Source: Prorocentrum cordatum
Taxonomy: Eukaryota
Assembly: GCA_963575745.1 (NCBI GenBank)
Contig: CAUYUJ010000002.1
Location: forward strand, 1,612,001 to 1,676,000
Direction of reading: 5' to 3'
DNA: 64,000 nt
Shown: positions 12,510 through 25,116 of the stretch, piece after piece
Layout: every line of letters starts with the position of its first letter
How positions within the stretch are numbered: position 1 is the first letter of the stretch
Program-made: the position numbers and the translations under genes
Notes under the pieces: model-generated
Database searches by the model: none
The model's input: the letters and a program-made list of their open reading frames with translations, nothing else
What the model was told of the DNA's origin: nothing

Positions 12510-14114
12510 CCCGGAAAGGGCTCCGGCCCAGGGTTCTCTTTTAGTTTGTAAACTTAATCCCCCGGTGCCTGCTTGAAGGAGGCCGGCGAATTGCCGGCGA
12601 ATTTTTTCCCTGATAAATAACGAGGTCGAAGGAGGCCGGCGAATTGCCGGCGAATTAAAATTTGAGGATGTCTCGAGCGAAACGCTTGTTTTTCAGAAAA
12701 TGGTGAGGATGTCTCGAGCGAAACGCTTGTTTTGTGTTATAGATTGTCCTCTCCTGGGGACCTGAATTCTGAGGACCACCTCCCAGCACGACCACCCCCC
12801 CAGCACGACCAGCACGACCACCCCCCAGCACGACCACACCCCAGCACGACCACTCCCCAGCACGACCACACCCCAGCACGACCCCACCCCAGCACGACCC
12901 CACCCTAGCACGACCACACCCCAGCACGATCACACCCCAGAACGACCACACCCCAGCACGACCCCACCCCAGCACGACCCCACCCCAGCACGACCACACC
13001 CCAGCACGACCACACCCCAGCAGGACCCCACCCCAGCACGACCCCACCCCAGCACGGCCCCACTCCAGCAAGACCACACCCCAGCACGACCACACCCCAG
13101 CACGACCTCACCACAGCACGACCACACCCCAGCACGATCACGCCCCAGCACGACCACGCCCCAGCACGACCACTCCCCAGCACGACCACCTCCCAGCACG
13201 ACCACCCCCCCAGCACGACCACCCCCCAGCACGACCACCCCCCAGCACGACCACACCCCAGCACGACCACTCCCCAGCACGACCACACCCCAGCACGACC
13301 CCACCCCAGCACGACCCCACCCTAGCACGACCACACCCCAGCACGATCACACCCCAGAACGACCACACCCCAGCACGACCCCACCCAAGCACGACCCCAC
13401 CCCAGCACGACCACACCCCAGCACGACCACACCCCAGCAGGACCCCACCCCAGCACGACCCCACCCCAGCACGGCCCCACCCCAGCAAGACCACACCCCA
13501 GCACGACCACACTCCAGCACGACCTCACCACAGCACGACCACTCCCCAGCACGATCACGCCCCAGCACGACCACGCCCCAGCACGACCACTCCCCAGCAC
13601 GACCACCTCCCAGCACGACCACCCCCCCAGCACGACCACCCCCCAGCACGACCACCCCCCAGCACGACCACACCCCAGCACGACCTCACCACAGCACGAC
13701 CACACCCCAGCACGACCACGCCCCAGCACGACCATGCCCCAGCACGATCACGCCCCAGCACGACCACCCCCCAGCACGACCACCCCCCCAGCACGACCAC
13801 ACCCCAGCACGACCACACCCCAGCACGACCACACCCAGTCGCACCCCCGTGGAATGTTTCGTGGGGTGTCTCGTGGAATGTTTCGTGGGGTGTCTCGTGG
13901 AATGTTTCGTGGGGTGTCTCGTGGAATGTTTCGCGGGGTGTCTCGTGGAACGTTTCGCGAGGTGTCTCGTGGAATGTTTCGCGAGGTGTCTCGTGGGATG
14001 TTTCGCGGGGTGTCTCGTGGGATGTTTTGTGAGATGTCGCCCAGTTGGGTATCGTGAAAACGTGACCATGCTGCGCATGTCTATATCCCTTTCCGGGTTC
14101 GTGGGTCCATCATG
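12510..14114 (+). mobile_element. Helitron2/Helentron-like element E2
   Basis: Same termini as E1, about 1.05-kb 16-bp minisatellite, flanked by T-runs. Confidence 0.8.
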
Positions 14115-17100
14115 TTTGCCTCATGCGTTTGCGACGCTTGCATTGCTCTTTTACTTGCGAGGATCTTCCGCCGAGGAGACAACCAGGCAGACCGAAGGCG
14201 CTCCCACCTCTCGTTTCTTCGACCCTTAATATTCTCAAGTACTCACAGGGGGGCGAGAGGGATGAAAACAGAGAGCGGCCATGAGGAGTCCGTTCTCGTG
14301 GTAGATGTTGCTTATGTCAATGGTGCGGCGTGTCTTCGGCACCGGTGACATAGTATCATGTGCAGTCTCGTGAAAGCCCCCTTGGGGCGTGACACACGTC
14401 CACAAAAACAAAAACCATGTTGAGAGGCAACATTTTGCATGTACGCCTCAATTCGCACCAGCGCAGTGGCCAGCCGGCCCGAGTCAGGGGAAGCAGACTC
14501 AAGGGCCCTTCGCACTTTTGCCCCTCCGAGGAGGCTCCTGCCAGACCAACATGGCCCGGCTGCTCAGCAGCCAGCCCAGGATCCGATCCAGAACAAAAGA
14601 GGAAGTGCAAAAGAACAAATAAAGAGTGACTAGAGTAGTGAGCTCAAGGCGAAGTGGCTATGGTACAGAACGTATCTACCTACCTACCGCCACGTTGAGA
14701 CGGCCTCTCAAAGCACAGACAGGGAGCCAAAGGTAGAGCTGCGTAGCGCGTGTGTAGCCACAATTGCCCTTGCTTCCAGGAGCTGACGGAAAGTCTGCCC
14801 GTGCAATCGGATCCTAACGCGGCCACCGACTTATTGATACCAAAGAAGCAGCGCCGGATCGCCTTGAGCAGGTGCGCCGCTGGAGCGATAGATGTTGAAT
14901 GTCCTGACTTAAGCTACCATATATGACGTGCTGGAATCTGAACTGGATTTCCTGTTTACGATCTCGATATGTGAGTGGCGAAGTATTCGTGTAAGCGTGT
15001 AAGGGGGTGGAGACAAGCGGACTCGCTCTTGCCATCGGCCCATCCTTAGAATCTCGTGTTTGTGATTACAATGTATTGTCCGGATCGGTTTATGGAATCA
15101 TTGGTGTACAACCTCGACGAGCCGTTCCCTTGACCAGTATTGAGGTATCACTTGCTTGACCAGGACAGAGTAGTAGATAAATTCGTGAGTGGCATGCAGG
15201 GTTGATGGTTTGGGAGCATAGTTGGTGGACGAATCCGAGATTGGTTGGCACGACGGTCGATGACATTCATTCATATGTCGTCCTCTTAGGTTGAACATTG
15301 CGCAAGCTATACATTCACAGCGTAAAACTATCTACATCCGACCGTCCACAGCACGCATACAGTAGCGAACGAGCCTAGCTGAGCAGGCAGACCAGCGTTG
15401 CTCACCATACCCCGTCGGCATAAGTTGCATGTCCAGCGTTTTAATGTCACGCCGTTGCCTCGCAGCTCTTACAGTCTCAGGGGGCATGGCCACAGGTCAC
15501 ACCTCGAGTCACATACAATTGTCAGCCATGTCCTATCACAGTCTACGCCGAGACATGTTTGACCATGGTTGTATGTATTGGTCCCCTTCGCTAGTCGAGC
15601 TGGAGGGCAATCTGCATGACCGCAATTAGAGAGATCAGAGGAGGGAGTGAGAGAGAGAAGGGGTGAGTTGCATGAAAAGGAAGATGGGGGCAGGCACAAG
15701 CATAGATATAGTGGTAAGCAGAGACAGAGCCAGTACGTGGATAGGCAGGCACAGGTATCCTCCTCCAGGGAGCGGCGATGGATCCTGTCTTCGACTGAAG
15801 CAAACAGAAGTAAGGCATTGGCGAACTTGCCAACGAATGTTCGACGGAAGTTTGCTGAAATAGGAACGGACATCCAGAGGCCAACGCCAGCATGATGAGC
15901 GCTTCTGGAGTATGGACTTCCAGAAGGGGGAGTGGGACAAAGAGAGAGAGAGAGAGAGAGAGAACGAGAGGGAGCGAATTTGAATCATGAAGGGCTTGGA
16001 CAGAAGGCTGGGCTCTAGATCCCCCAGGTAAAGGGCAAGGCCAAGGGTAAGGCGAAAGGCAAGGCCAAGCCCAAGGCCAAGTTGAAGGCCAAGGTGGACC
16101 CGGAGGGCGTGGCAAAGGCCACGGCGCTGAATCTCTCGTGCAGCCCCGAATCCCATGGTATGATTTGCGATGAGATCGAGGTCTGGCATGGCCACCGCGA
16201 CATTGATATTGAGACCGCGCACCCCTTCGGAAATTTGGCCCCGCTCTGTTGTCCGCTTGGGGTCTCCTGGGAGACCCCACCGTGAGCGCTTTCGAACACG
16301 CAAGGGGAGTAAAGGCATGAATAATTCGTTTCGAATACCCCGTGCCACCGAGCTTCAATATTCAAGTACATTGTGCCTCGGCGGTGGGTTTGTTGGGCGC
16401 CTTCACTGCCTATACTTGCACGGGCCGCGGGGGGCCTCAACAGTCGGAGATGGGCGCGTTTTTCACGCCAACAGCGGTATCTTGGTGCTTATGGACTCCC
16501 AGCCTAGCTGGGATATGTTCTCGGCCCAGAATGGGTGTAGATTTATAGTGTTCGTGCATGTTCTCCCTCTCCCGACGTATATCGGCGTCCTTTGATTCGG
16601 GATAATCGGCATCGCCCCCAGGAGGATCTAGCAGCAGGAGGAGCACAAGAGCCGGCACAATCACAAAACGGTGAAAGGTCTGTTTGCGCATGACCCCTTT
16701 TCGCCATCCGCCCCTGGTCCTCCATTCGCGCTGCCGCGTAAATTCAACTCGCTCGAAGAAGGACCACTTTTCAGGAGAGGCTCTGGTTTTTGGGCCGTAG
16801 GCGGGGCGGGCCGCCGCTAGGGGGCTCGCATCGTCTCACGAGTTTCATTTGAGGGCAACGTATGGCAGGCACCAGAGCCCGGGACAGTCGGAGACAGGGC
16901 CACACGAAAGAGGTTGGCGGCAACGCGGGGCAAACGCAGCGTGGGACAAACGCCAGGGCTGGTGGCAGTCGGGGACGGGGCCAGACGAGGGAAGCCGGCG
17001 GCACCGCAGGGCAAGCACCCGAGCCGGGGACAGTCGGGGACAGCCAGAGACGGGGCCGAACGGACGAGGTCGGCAGGAACCACCAGAGTTAGTGGCAGCC

Positions 17101-17439
17101 AGGGACCAGAGACAACGATAGGAGGGTATAAGCTCAGGGGGGAATGCATCGACCCCGAGACGCCAACTGATCGCCGAAAGGTGTTTGATAGCCTCACCCC
17201 GCCCAGGAACGTGCAGATTCGCTATCGGAGGTTTATCGTTGATTTACCGGGGATGTAATTATCGCCGATTTTAGGTCGATGCTTCTCCCCCCGAGTCAGT
17301 TCCCCTTATCGTTACCCCTCGACGAACCAAGAACACTAGCAGGAACGGAGGTCACTTCTTCCCAAGGGCCTTTTCAGTGCAAGCCAGCACGGCGCGGCGG
17401 CAGATCCCCATCCGCCCCCTTTCCTTCCTCCTTCGTCCT

Positions 17440-17560
17440 TCTCCTCCTCATCCTCATCATCATCACAATCACAATCATCATCATCAGCATCATCATCATC
17501 CTCATCAACACAATCATCATCCTGGGGGAGTGCAAAATCGAGGGGGAGGCGCAATAGGTA

Positions 17561-17597
<37 letters not shown>

Positions 17598-17600
17598 CCA
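17440..17600. repeat. (CAT)n and (CAG)n microsatellites
   Basis: Directly visible. Confidence 0.9.
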
Positions 17601-18249
17601 TCAGAGAGTGACATCAGTTGTAAAACCCCCGAGAGTTCTGAGGGGGCTCTGGCAAGCATCGGTGTTGAGGGCAGCTCGGGGATCAGCCTTGAGTGCCCTG
17701 GATGTGTACCACTCCTAGGGCCCCATCGGTCTAGTAGGAGTGCAGCATCTATGGGGTCGGTGCCAGAGCGATTTCTTCTACCTAAGTTTTATGATGTTTT
17801 TGAATCGCTCCGATGGTGTGCCGTGGCTCTCAGGAGGAAGCTCTTTCTGGTGAGACGCGCGCAGTTTTCGCCACCCACTGCCCGAAGCCCAGGTGTGCAC
17901 GATTCACACATGCGAAGCAAGCACATGCCAGGGACATCCAATGGGGTAGAAAGAGAGAGAGAGAGATATCATCATCATCATGATCATCACCCGAATCCCC
18001 AGTGGGCGCTGGCCGCTGGGGGTGTTGGCACAGCCCAGGTGTAACCAAACAACTGCATAATCATAAACTGTTGAAGCTCCACGCGGATTTCTTGGATCCG
18101 CGCTTGGGCCCCCCATGGCGGCGCTTCCGGCGCCGCCCAGGGCACGCTCCGCGCGCCAGGGAGGGGGGTCCAGCTCAGATCGCCATTGTTTGTTCCTCTA
18201 GTTTCGCCTCGCCACCTCGCCAAACCAAGAAACCTCGTTGCTGGAGTTT

Positions 18250-18470
18250 TTGTATTCATTGTTTTGCCGATAGGGGCGGGCCCTCGCGCCCCCTCTCCCC
18301 CCATCCCCTGGAGTGGATCTTGGCTGTTTTTGGCGCCTGATTCGAGCAGGTGGCGTCCCTCCCCCTATAGGACGCATTGTCGCAAACAGTCACACTAAGC
18401 AGAGGTCCAGAACCAGACCCCCCCCCCCTTCCCGCCCAATGTCGAAACACCGAATCAAAAAGCGCTCACG
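18250..18470. repeat. Dispersed repeat; empty-site paralogue of 53960-54400
   Basis: gttttgccgat...ggagtggatcttggctgttt...aaaaagcgctcacg is collinear with the 54-kb copy that carries a family M insertion. Confidence 0.75.
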
Positions 18471-18479
18471 AGCCCGCAG

Positions 18480-18671
18480 GGTTGGGCCCAGGAGACAGCG
18501 CGCGGCCGGAGGCCGGAGCCTGGGATGCGGCTGGCGCAGGTGTTCGCGCTCGCGGGGGCGCTGCACCTCGACGGCACCTTCGAGGCCGCGGCGCCGCGGC
18601 CCGCCGCGGAGGACCTGCGCGAGGCGGCGGAGGTGCTGGACGGTGCGACGTGCCACGAGCAGGAGGATCGG
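18480..18671 (+). CDS. Probable exon of host gene (GWAQETARG...MRLAQVFALAGALHLDGTFEAAAPRPAAEDLREAAEVLD...)
   Basis: cgcag| acceptor and strong GC3 codon bias. Donor either GT at 18643 or GC at 18672. Confidence 0.55.
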
Positions 18672-18680
18672 GCACTAACA

Positions 18681-18845
18681 TTAAGGCGGGCCTTTCTTTC
18701 TACAGCGGGAGTAGTCTAAGATAGTTGAATAAATAGTCTGGGGACGGTTTTTCTAATATTTGTGTGTGTCTATGTTTGGGATACTTTTAGAGTAGTTTCA
18801 ATTATTCGCCCAAAATCCGCCTGTAGGGGGACATGCCCGACCTAA
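18681..18845. mobile_element. hAT-like MITE family H
   Basis: ttaaggcggg ... cccgacctaa, flanked by cactaaca and cattgaca. Confidence 0.75.
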
Positions 18846-19100
18846 CATTGACACTGTGTGGTCCTGCATAGGAGCCACAGAGTGCCCCGCAATTCCTTCC
18901 AGTCTGCGGGATTTCGTCTCTGGATGTCGGCGACAGTGGTGGACAGTTTTGGACGCAGGCTTGACGACACCTCGACGAAATCTGGACGAAATCTGGACGA
19001 ACGGGTAAAGAGGGGTGGGTGGTCGAAATCTAGGCGAAATCTGGTCGAGATCACGTGTACGATTTGGGCCCGGGAGGCCCACAGAGGCTCCCATGGAGGC

Positions 19101-19364
19101 TCACCTAGTTGACAGAACGCCCCCCTGGACAAGTCGAGTGAGGAATCTGCACCAGTGCACTCCACATTGGAGTTCCAGTGTGCTGGTGCAGTCACCTGTC
19201 GGTTTCGCTAATCGACGTGAGTCTCGCCAGATACATTCGCTTGTTGTTGGACGTCGATTTGCTATTCCGCTGGGGTGCACTCGGAATGCGGCGCCGTGCG
19301 CAGAGTGCCCCTGGCAGTTTTCACTAAACGGCGTTTTGCTAAAGGGGCTTCTGTCCACCCCTGA
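19101..19364. mobile_element. MITE family F (TIR ...GGACAGAACCCC, apparent 5-bp TSD)
   Basis: gacagaacgcccc ... ggggcttctgtccacccctga. Homologous to 39103-39276. Confidence 0.6.
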
Positions 19365-19479
19365 GAGGGCGGCCAGCACAGCAACGCCACTGCGTGCCCC
19401 GCCTGGAGGAGCTCGGCATGAAGAAGGGAGGTTCCAGAGCAACGGGGGGCTCACCCTAAGACCCGGGCGCTGCCTTTTT

Positions 19480-20650
19480 CCCGGAAAGGGCTCCGGCCCA
19501 GGGTTCTCTTTTAGTTTGTAAACTTAATCCCCCGGTGCCTGCTTGAAGGAGGCCGGCGAATTGCCGGCGAATTTTTTCCCTGATAAATAACGAGGTCGAA
19601 GGAGGCCGGCGAATTAAAATTTGAGGATGTCTCGAGCGAAACGCTTGTTTTTGAAATCCCGATCGATAAATCACAGGGTGCGGGCCACCTCAGCACGACC
19701 ACATCCCCCAGCACGACCACGCCCCAGCACGACCACGCCCCAGCACGACCACACCCCAGCACGACCACACCCCAGCACGACCACACCCCAGCACGACCAC
19801 ACCCCAGCACGACCACACCCCAGCACGACCCGATCGATAAATCACAGGGTGCGGACCACCCCAGCACGACCACACCCCAGCACGACCCCACCCAGCACGA
19901 CCACGCACGACCCCACCCCAGCACGACCACGCCCCAGCACGACCACACCCCAGCACGACCACCCCAGCACGACCCACCCCAGCAAGACCACACCCCAGCA
20001 CGACCACACCCCAGCACGACCACACCCAGCACGACCACACCCCAGCACGACCCCACCCCAGCACGACCACACCCCCAGCACCACCCCCCAGACCACACCC
20101 CAGCACGACCACACCCCAGCACGACCCCACCCCAGCAAGACCACACCCCAGCACGACCACACCCCAGCACGACCTCACCACAGCACGACCACACCCCAGC
20201 ACGACCACGCCCCAGCACGACCACGCCCCAGCACGACCACGCCCCAGCACGACCACCCCCCAGCACGACCACCCCCCTAGCACGACCACCCCCCAGCACG
20301 ACCACCCCCCAGCACGACCACACCCCAGCACGACCACACCCCAACACGACCATACTCCAGCACGACCACACCCCAGCACGACCACACCCAGTCGCACCCC
20401 CGTGGAATGTTTCGTGGGGTGTCTGGTTGAGTGGTTGCCTGTTCGTGGGGTGTCTCGTGGAATGTTTCACGGGGTGTCTCGTGGAATGTTTCGTGAGGTG
20501 TCTCGTGGGTTGTTTCGTGAGGTGTCTCCTGGAATGTTTCGCGGGGTGTCTCGTGGGATGTTTCGTGAGGTGTCGCCCAGTTGGATATCGTGAAAACGTG
20601 ACCATGCTGCACATGTCTATATCCCTTTCCGGGTTCGTGGGTCCATCATG
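19480..20650 (+). mobile_element. Helitron2/Helentron-like element E3
   Basis: Same termini. Non-repeat parts nearly identical to E4. Confidence 0.8.
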
Positions 20651-20949
20651 TTTTCGCACCGGGCCTTTGCGCCCAGTTTCGAGCCCCAGGACCATCACAG
20701 ATCGATCCGGCTCGGAGATTGCCACAGCAAGAGGGGGTCTGGGGTTTCGGTCGTGACTTCTCCCGATCTTGCATTTGTTTTTCGCGACGACGGACAGCAG
20801 GGCAAAGGTTTCCTCGTTCTCGGGATCCAGCGGCCCTCCCAGGGCGCCGGGGCCGTCGGACAATTGCTAAGGATGAAGGAAGGACTGGTCCCCGGAGGCA
20901 GGCAGGACTGAAGGCCGAAACCCGCCTCCATTGGGACCCCTCCTCGGGT

Positions 20950-23365
20950 GCTCCTCCTCCTCCTGCTCCTCCTCCTCCTCCTCACCCTCCTCCTCCTCCT
21001 CCTCCTCCTCCTCCTCCTCCTCCTCCTCCTCCTCCTCCTCCTCCTCCTCCTCCCCCTCCTCCTCCTCCCCTCGTCCTCCTCCTCCTCCTCTTCCTCCTCC
21101 TCCTCCCTCCTTCCTCCTTCCCAGAGCTTCCCGTCCTGCGGCCCAGAGGGCCCCAGCGCGAAAAGCCGGGGACCCGGGGCCCGACAACGGGCCCCAGACC
21201 TTGAGAGATCCGACGGCTCGAAAAGATGGAAGCGTCGCAAAAGGTCCCGACTGGAGCCCTAGGCCCCATCGTTCTACGACGTTTGTCGAGCCAGATCGAT
21301 CTGTGAGGGCCCTCCTCCTCCTCCTCCTCCTCCTCCTCCTCCTCCTCCTCCTCCTCCTCCTCCCTGAGAGCCGACGCCTCGAAAAATTTGAAACGTCGTG
21401 AAAGATCACGACCGAAGCCCGAGGCCCCATCGTTCTGCGACGTTTGTCGAGCCGGATCGGTATGTGAGGGTCCCGGGGCCCAGAACCTGGCGAGAACGCC
21501 CGTTGTGAAGGAAGTGCAGCGCCAGGATCTCAGGGTTGTGCTTTCTTCGCCGTTTTCAGCCCCCCCCCCCCGCGGCCCTCCACGTGCTTCGCGCGGTCGG
21601 CAAGAGAGAGGGCTCGGGATGAAAATGGCACGTCCAATAGGAGGGGGTGCCTTGGGAGATCAAGGACCCGTTTCCCTCGGGACCCGCCTCAGGATCTCGG
21701 GGGGGGGGGGCGAAGTCACATCGTCGGAGATTTGGGCACGCGGCCCAGAGGGCCCCAGCGCGCAGAGCCGGGGATGCCTCTGCACCACCCCCGACCGATC
21801 CCCGCTTCGCCGCCTTCTCGTCGTCGGCCCGCGTCGCCCTCGTCCTCGGCATTCTTCTCGCCCTCGTCCTCGTAGTCTTGGGCCCGCGTCGTCGTCGCCA
21901 TCCTCCTTATCCTCCTCCTCCTCGTCGTCGTCGTCGGCCCGCCTGGTCGTCATCATCGTCGCTGGCCATTCGTCGTCGTCGTCCTCGTCCTCGTCCTCGT
22001 CCTTGTGGTCCTCATCGTCGTAGTCCTCGTCGTCCTCGGCCTGCGTCGTCGTCACCATCCTCCTCGTCCTCCTCCTCGTCGGCGTCGGCCCGCCTGGTCG
22101 TCATCATCGTCGCTGACCACGTCGTCGTCGTCGTTGTCGTTGTCGTCGTTCCCTCGTGCCCGAGGCAGCTCCGCGAGCGCGGCCAGCCGTGCGCCCGGAC
22201 GGGCTCGGCGGGCGCCGCCAGGGCCCCCCCAGAGGAGCGCGCGCTTTGCAGGGCGGCGCGGCGGCGCGCGGCAGCCCGAGGTCCTCCTCCTCTTCCTCCT
22301 CCTCCTCCGGCAGGGGGGGGAGGGGGGGGGGAAGGGACAGTCCAGGCAGCACTCGAGGTCAACGGGGCCTGGGAAGGGACAGCCCGCGGCGGGCCAAGGT
22401 GCTCAACCGGGGTGGAGACCACTGCGGAAAAACCCCACCCAAACGAATGCAATGGAAAAATAGCGAACGCCCCGAACAAATGCCTTTGGCGTCCGCCCGG
22501 GGTCCCACGTCTCGCGGAAAAGAAGGCGAACCTGTGGAGATCGCCTCTTGGAGACGCAATTGCTGGCCGAGGGCGGCCGGCACAAGGGAAAAGGGGAGGG
22601 GGCAAGGGAGGAGAGGGAGACGGGGGTCGGTCCTCTTCCTCCTCCTCCTCCTCCTCCTCCTCCTCCTCCTCCTCCTCCTCCCCGTCCTCGTCCTCGTTCT
22701 TCTCCTCCTTCTCCTCCTCATCCTCTTCCTCCTCCTCCTCCTGCTCCTCCTCCTCCTCCTCCTCCTCCCCCTCCTCCTCCCTCCCCCTCATCCCCTCCTC
22801 CTCCTCCTCCTCCTCCTCCTCCTCCTCCTCCTCCTCCTCCTCCTCCTCCTCCTCCTCCTCCTCCTCCTCCTCCTCCTCCGCGGCGGGGCACCGGGGGTCC
22901 CCGAGTCCGATGGGACCCCCGGGGCACTCGGCGAGCGCGCCCTGCGGACCGGCGCCCGCGCCGGCCGCGGGGGGCCCTGGGAGGGCCCCCCGTCCACGGG
23001 CCCCCTCAGCCGGTCGGTGGCGGGGGCGGCGGCGAGGCAGCGGCGGGGGCGGCGCGGGGGCGGCGGCCCGGGCTGTCTCCTCTTCCTCCTCCTCGGCGCT
23101 CCCGGGGCTCCGCGGCCGCAGCCTGCGTCTCCTCGCCCTCTGTTTCCTCCTCCTCTTCCTTCTCCGCGTGCTCCTCCTCCTCCACCTCCTCCTCAGCGCT
23201 CCCTCGCCGCCAGCCTCGGCCTTCTGCTCCTGCGCCCCGTCGGTGCTCTCACCCCGGGGGTGCCTCGGTCTCCTCTCCGTCCGGCCTCTCCTGGCCCCTC
23301 GCCGCCCTCAGCCTCCTCCTCCTCCTCCTCCTCCTCCTCCTCCTCCTCCTCCTCCTCCTCCTCCT
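20950..23365. repeat. (CCT)n/(CGT)n microsatellite-rich region with a dispersed repeat at about 21365-21990
   Basis: Long CCT runs at 20950-21120, 21310-21365, 22630-22880 and 23310-23365. 21365-21990 is homologous to 36836-37440 and, inverted, to about 61200-61380. Confidence 0.85.
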
Positions 23366-25073
23366 CGGCGCCCCCCGCCCTGGGGCCGGCTTCCTCCTGT
23401 CTGCTCCCAGCCTCAGCCTTGGGCCTGGGCCGCGCCCGGGCGTGCCCCGGCTCCTCGCCAGGTCTGCGCCTGCGTTGCTGCCAGCACCGCGTCGGCAGCG
23501 TGGCGCTGCAGCACGCACCCGAGCGCCTGATGCAGGCGCCGGATGGCGGGCGAGCGCTCCGCGGCGTCCGCCGGCGCCAGGAGCCGCGCCAAGGCCAGCG
23601 CCTCCTCGCCCAGGCGCCCGTGGTCCTCAACCGCGAATGGGATGACCGCCGCCCCCGGGTAGCGCGCCCGCTTGCGCCGCGCCGCGGCCGCGGCGGCGGC
23701 GCCGTCTCGCCGCGCCGCCCCCAGCGCCAGGGCGTCTTGCGTGAGCGCGCCCACCACGGTGAAGTCCACCATGAGCGGCTCGGCGAGGCGCGGCGCGTGG
23801 ATCACGAGGTCCATCCGCGCCTCGGGGCTGGCCGGCGCGGCGTGGGGGAGCAGGACCTCCCGGTGCACGGTGCACCCTTGCTGCTCGCACCACTCCGCGA
23901 GCGCCGCGCAGCCCGCGTCGTGTCGGCGGACGAGCCACCCGCCCACTTTGCAACCGCGCGCGTGCCGCCCATTGGGGTCCAGCGGCTCGCCGCAGATCTG
24001 GCCGTTGGGGTGTCGGTGTTGGCAGAGTCGGCCCGGGCCCGCGCAGCCAGGTAGGTCGAGGTTGAGCCGGCACCGCAGCGCAATGCCGAGCTGCGCGTTG
24101 GTGAGCCGGTGGCAGGGCAGCGTCGGCACCTGCAGGAGGGCGCTCGCTCCAGGCCCTCCCGCGGAGCGCAGGGAGGCCGCCTCCAGAGGGTCCGCGGCCG
24201 CTTCGTCGGCAGCGAGGCGTGCAGCCGCAGCGAGGGAGGCCGTAGCCAGAGCGTGCTGCGTCGCTTTCAGCGCCTCGTCGCCCACTTGGGCCATGTCGTC
24301 TCCTAGCGCAGCCCGGAGCGTCGCCGTGGCCGCCGGCAGGCTGCGGCGCGCCCAGGGGCTCACCGCGGCCAGGGCGCTCGCGCTCTCCAGGCCGAGCCGC
24401 TGCAGGCAGTGCGGCAGGCAGAGGTGCCAGGAGGCGGCGTGCGCCGCGGGGGCCGTGAGCTCCACGCTCTGCAGTCCGTGCCCTCCGGCGGCGCCGGCAA
24501 GGAAGAGCTTCCTGCGCGCGGCGTCGTTCAGCGGGGCGCCCACGGCGTGCTCCTCGTACTCCGCGGCCAGCGCCCTGTCTAAGGCCTGCGCTTCCCCGCT
24601 CGGGATGCCGCAGGTTCGCGCCAGGAAAGTGTAGTCAGACCCCGCCCTCGTGCGCAGCAGGGTCAGCGCCACGTGTTTGTCCAGGCCTGCTGCGCAGAGA
24701 CTGCGCAGTCTCTGGTAGAGCCTCCCGCGGGCCGCTTGCAGGGCTGCCACCTCGGGGCTGCCCGCGGCGAGGAGGCTTCCGTCTGCTGGCGCGGCCGCGG
24801 GGGCGGCTGGGACCGCCGGCAGCGCGCCGTGGCGGAGCACCAGGGCCCGGGGCTCCAGCTCGCGCTGCCCAGGGAGCCTCGCCACGTCGACACTCCTGCC
24901 TGGGCTCAGCTTCGTCTTGGCGGGGTTGGCGCGGAGGCCGGCGGCGGCGCAGGCGCGCGCAAAAGCGTCCTCGGCGGCGGGGGTCGTGGCGGGGTCGCAG
25001 ATGACGTCCAGGTCATCCTGGTAGCAGTAACCCCTGGCCGGTTCTGCTGCCGCGCCCGCGGCTTGCTCTACGG
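23366..25073 (-). mobile_element. 5'-truncated CRE-like non-LTR retrotransposon (RT C-terminal half, CCHC, restriction-like endonuclease)
   Basis: Stop-free frame 23413-25073: YQDD, NPAKT, GGHGL, RCRLNL, C..C...HARGC, RRHD, RMDLVI, VDFTVV, RKRARY, PFAVEDHGRLG. Confidence 0.85.
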
Positions 25074-25116
25074 CCTCCTCCTCCTCCTCCTCTTCCTCCT
25101 CCTCCTCCTCCTCCCC

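Noticed and set aside
21647..24054. 627-aa and 632-aa plus-strand ORFs
   Set aside because: They are read-through of CCT microsatellites and the antisense strand of the GC-rich CRE-like element.
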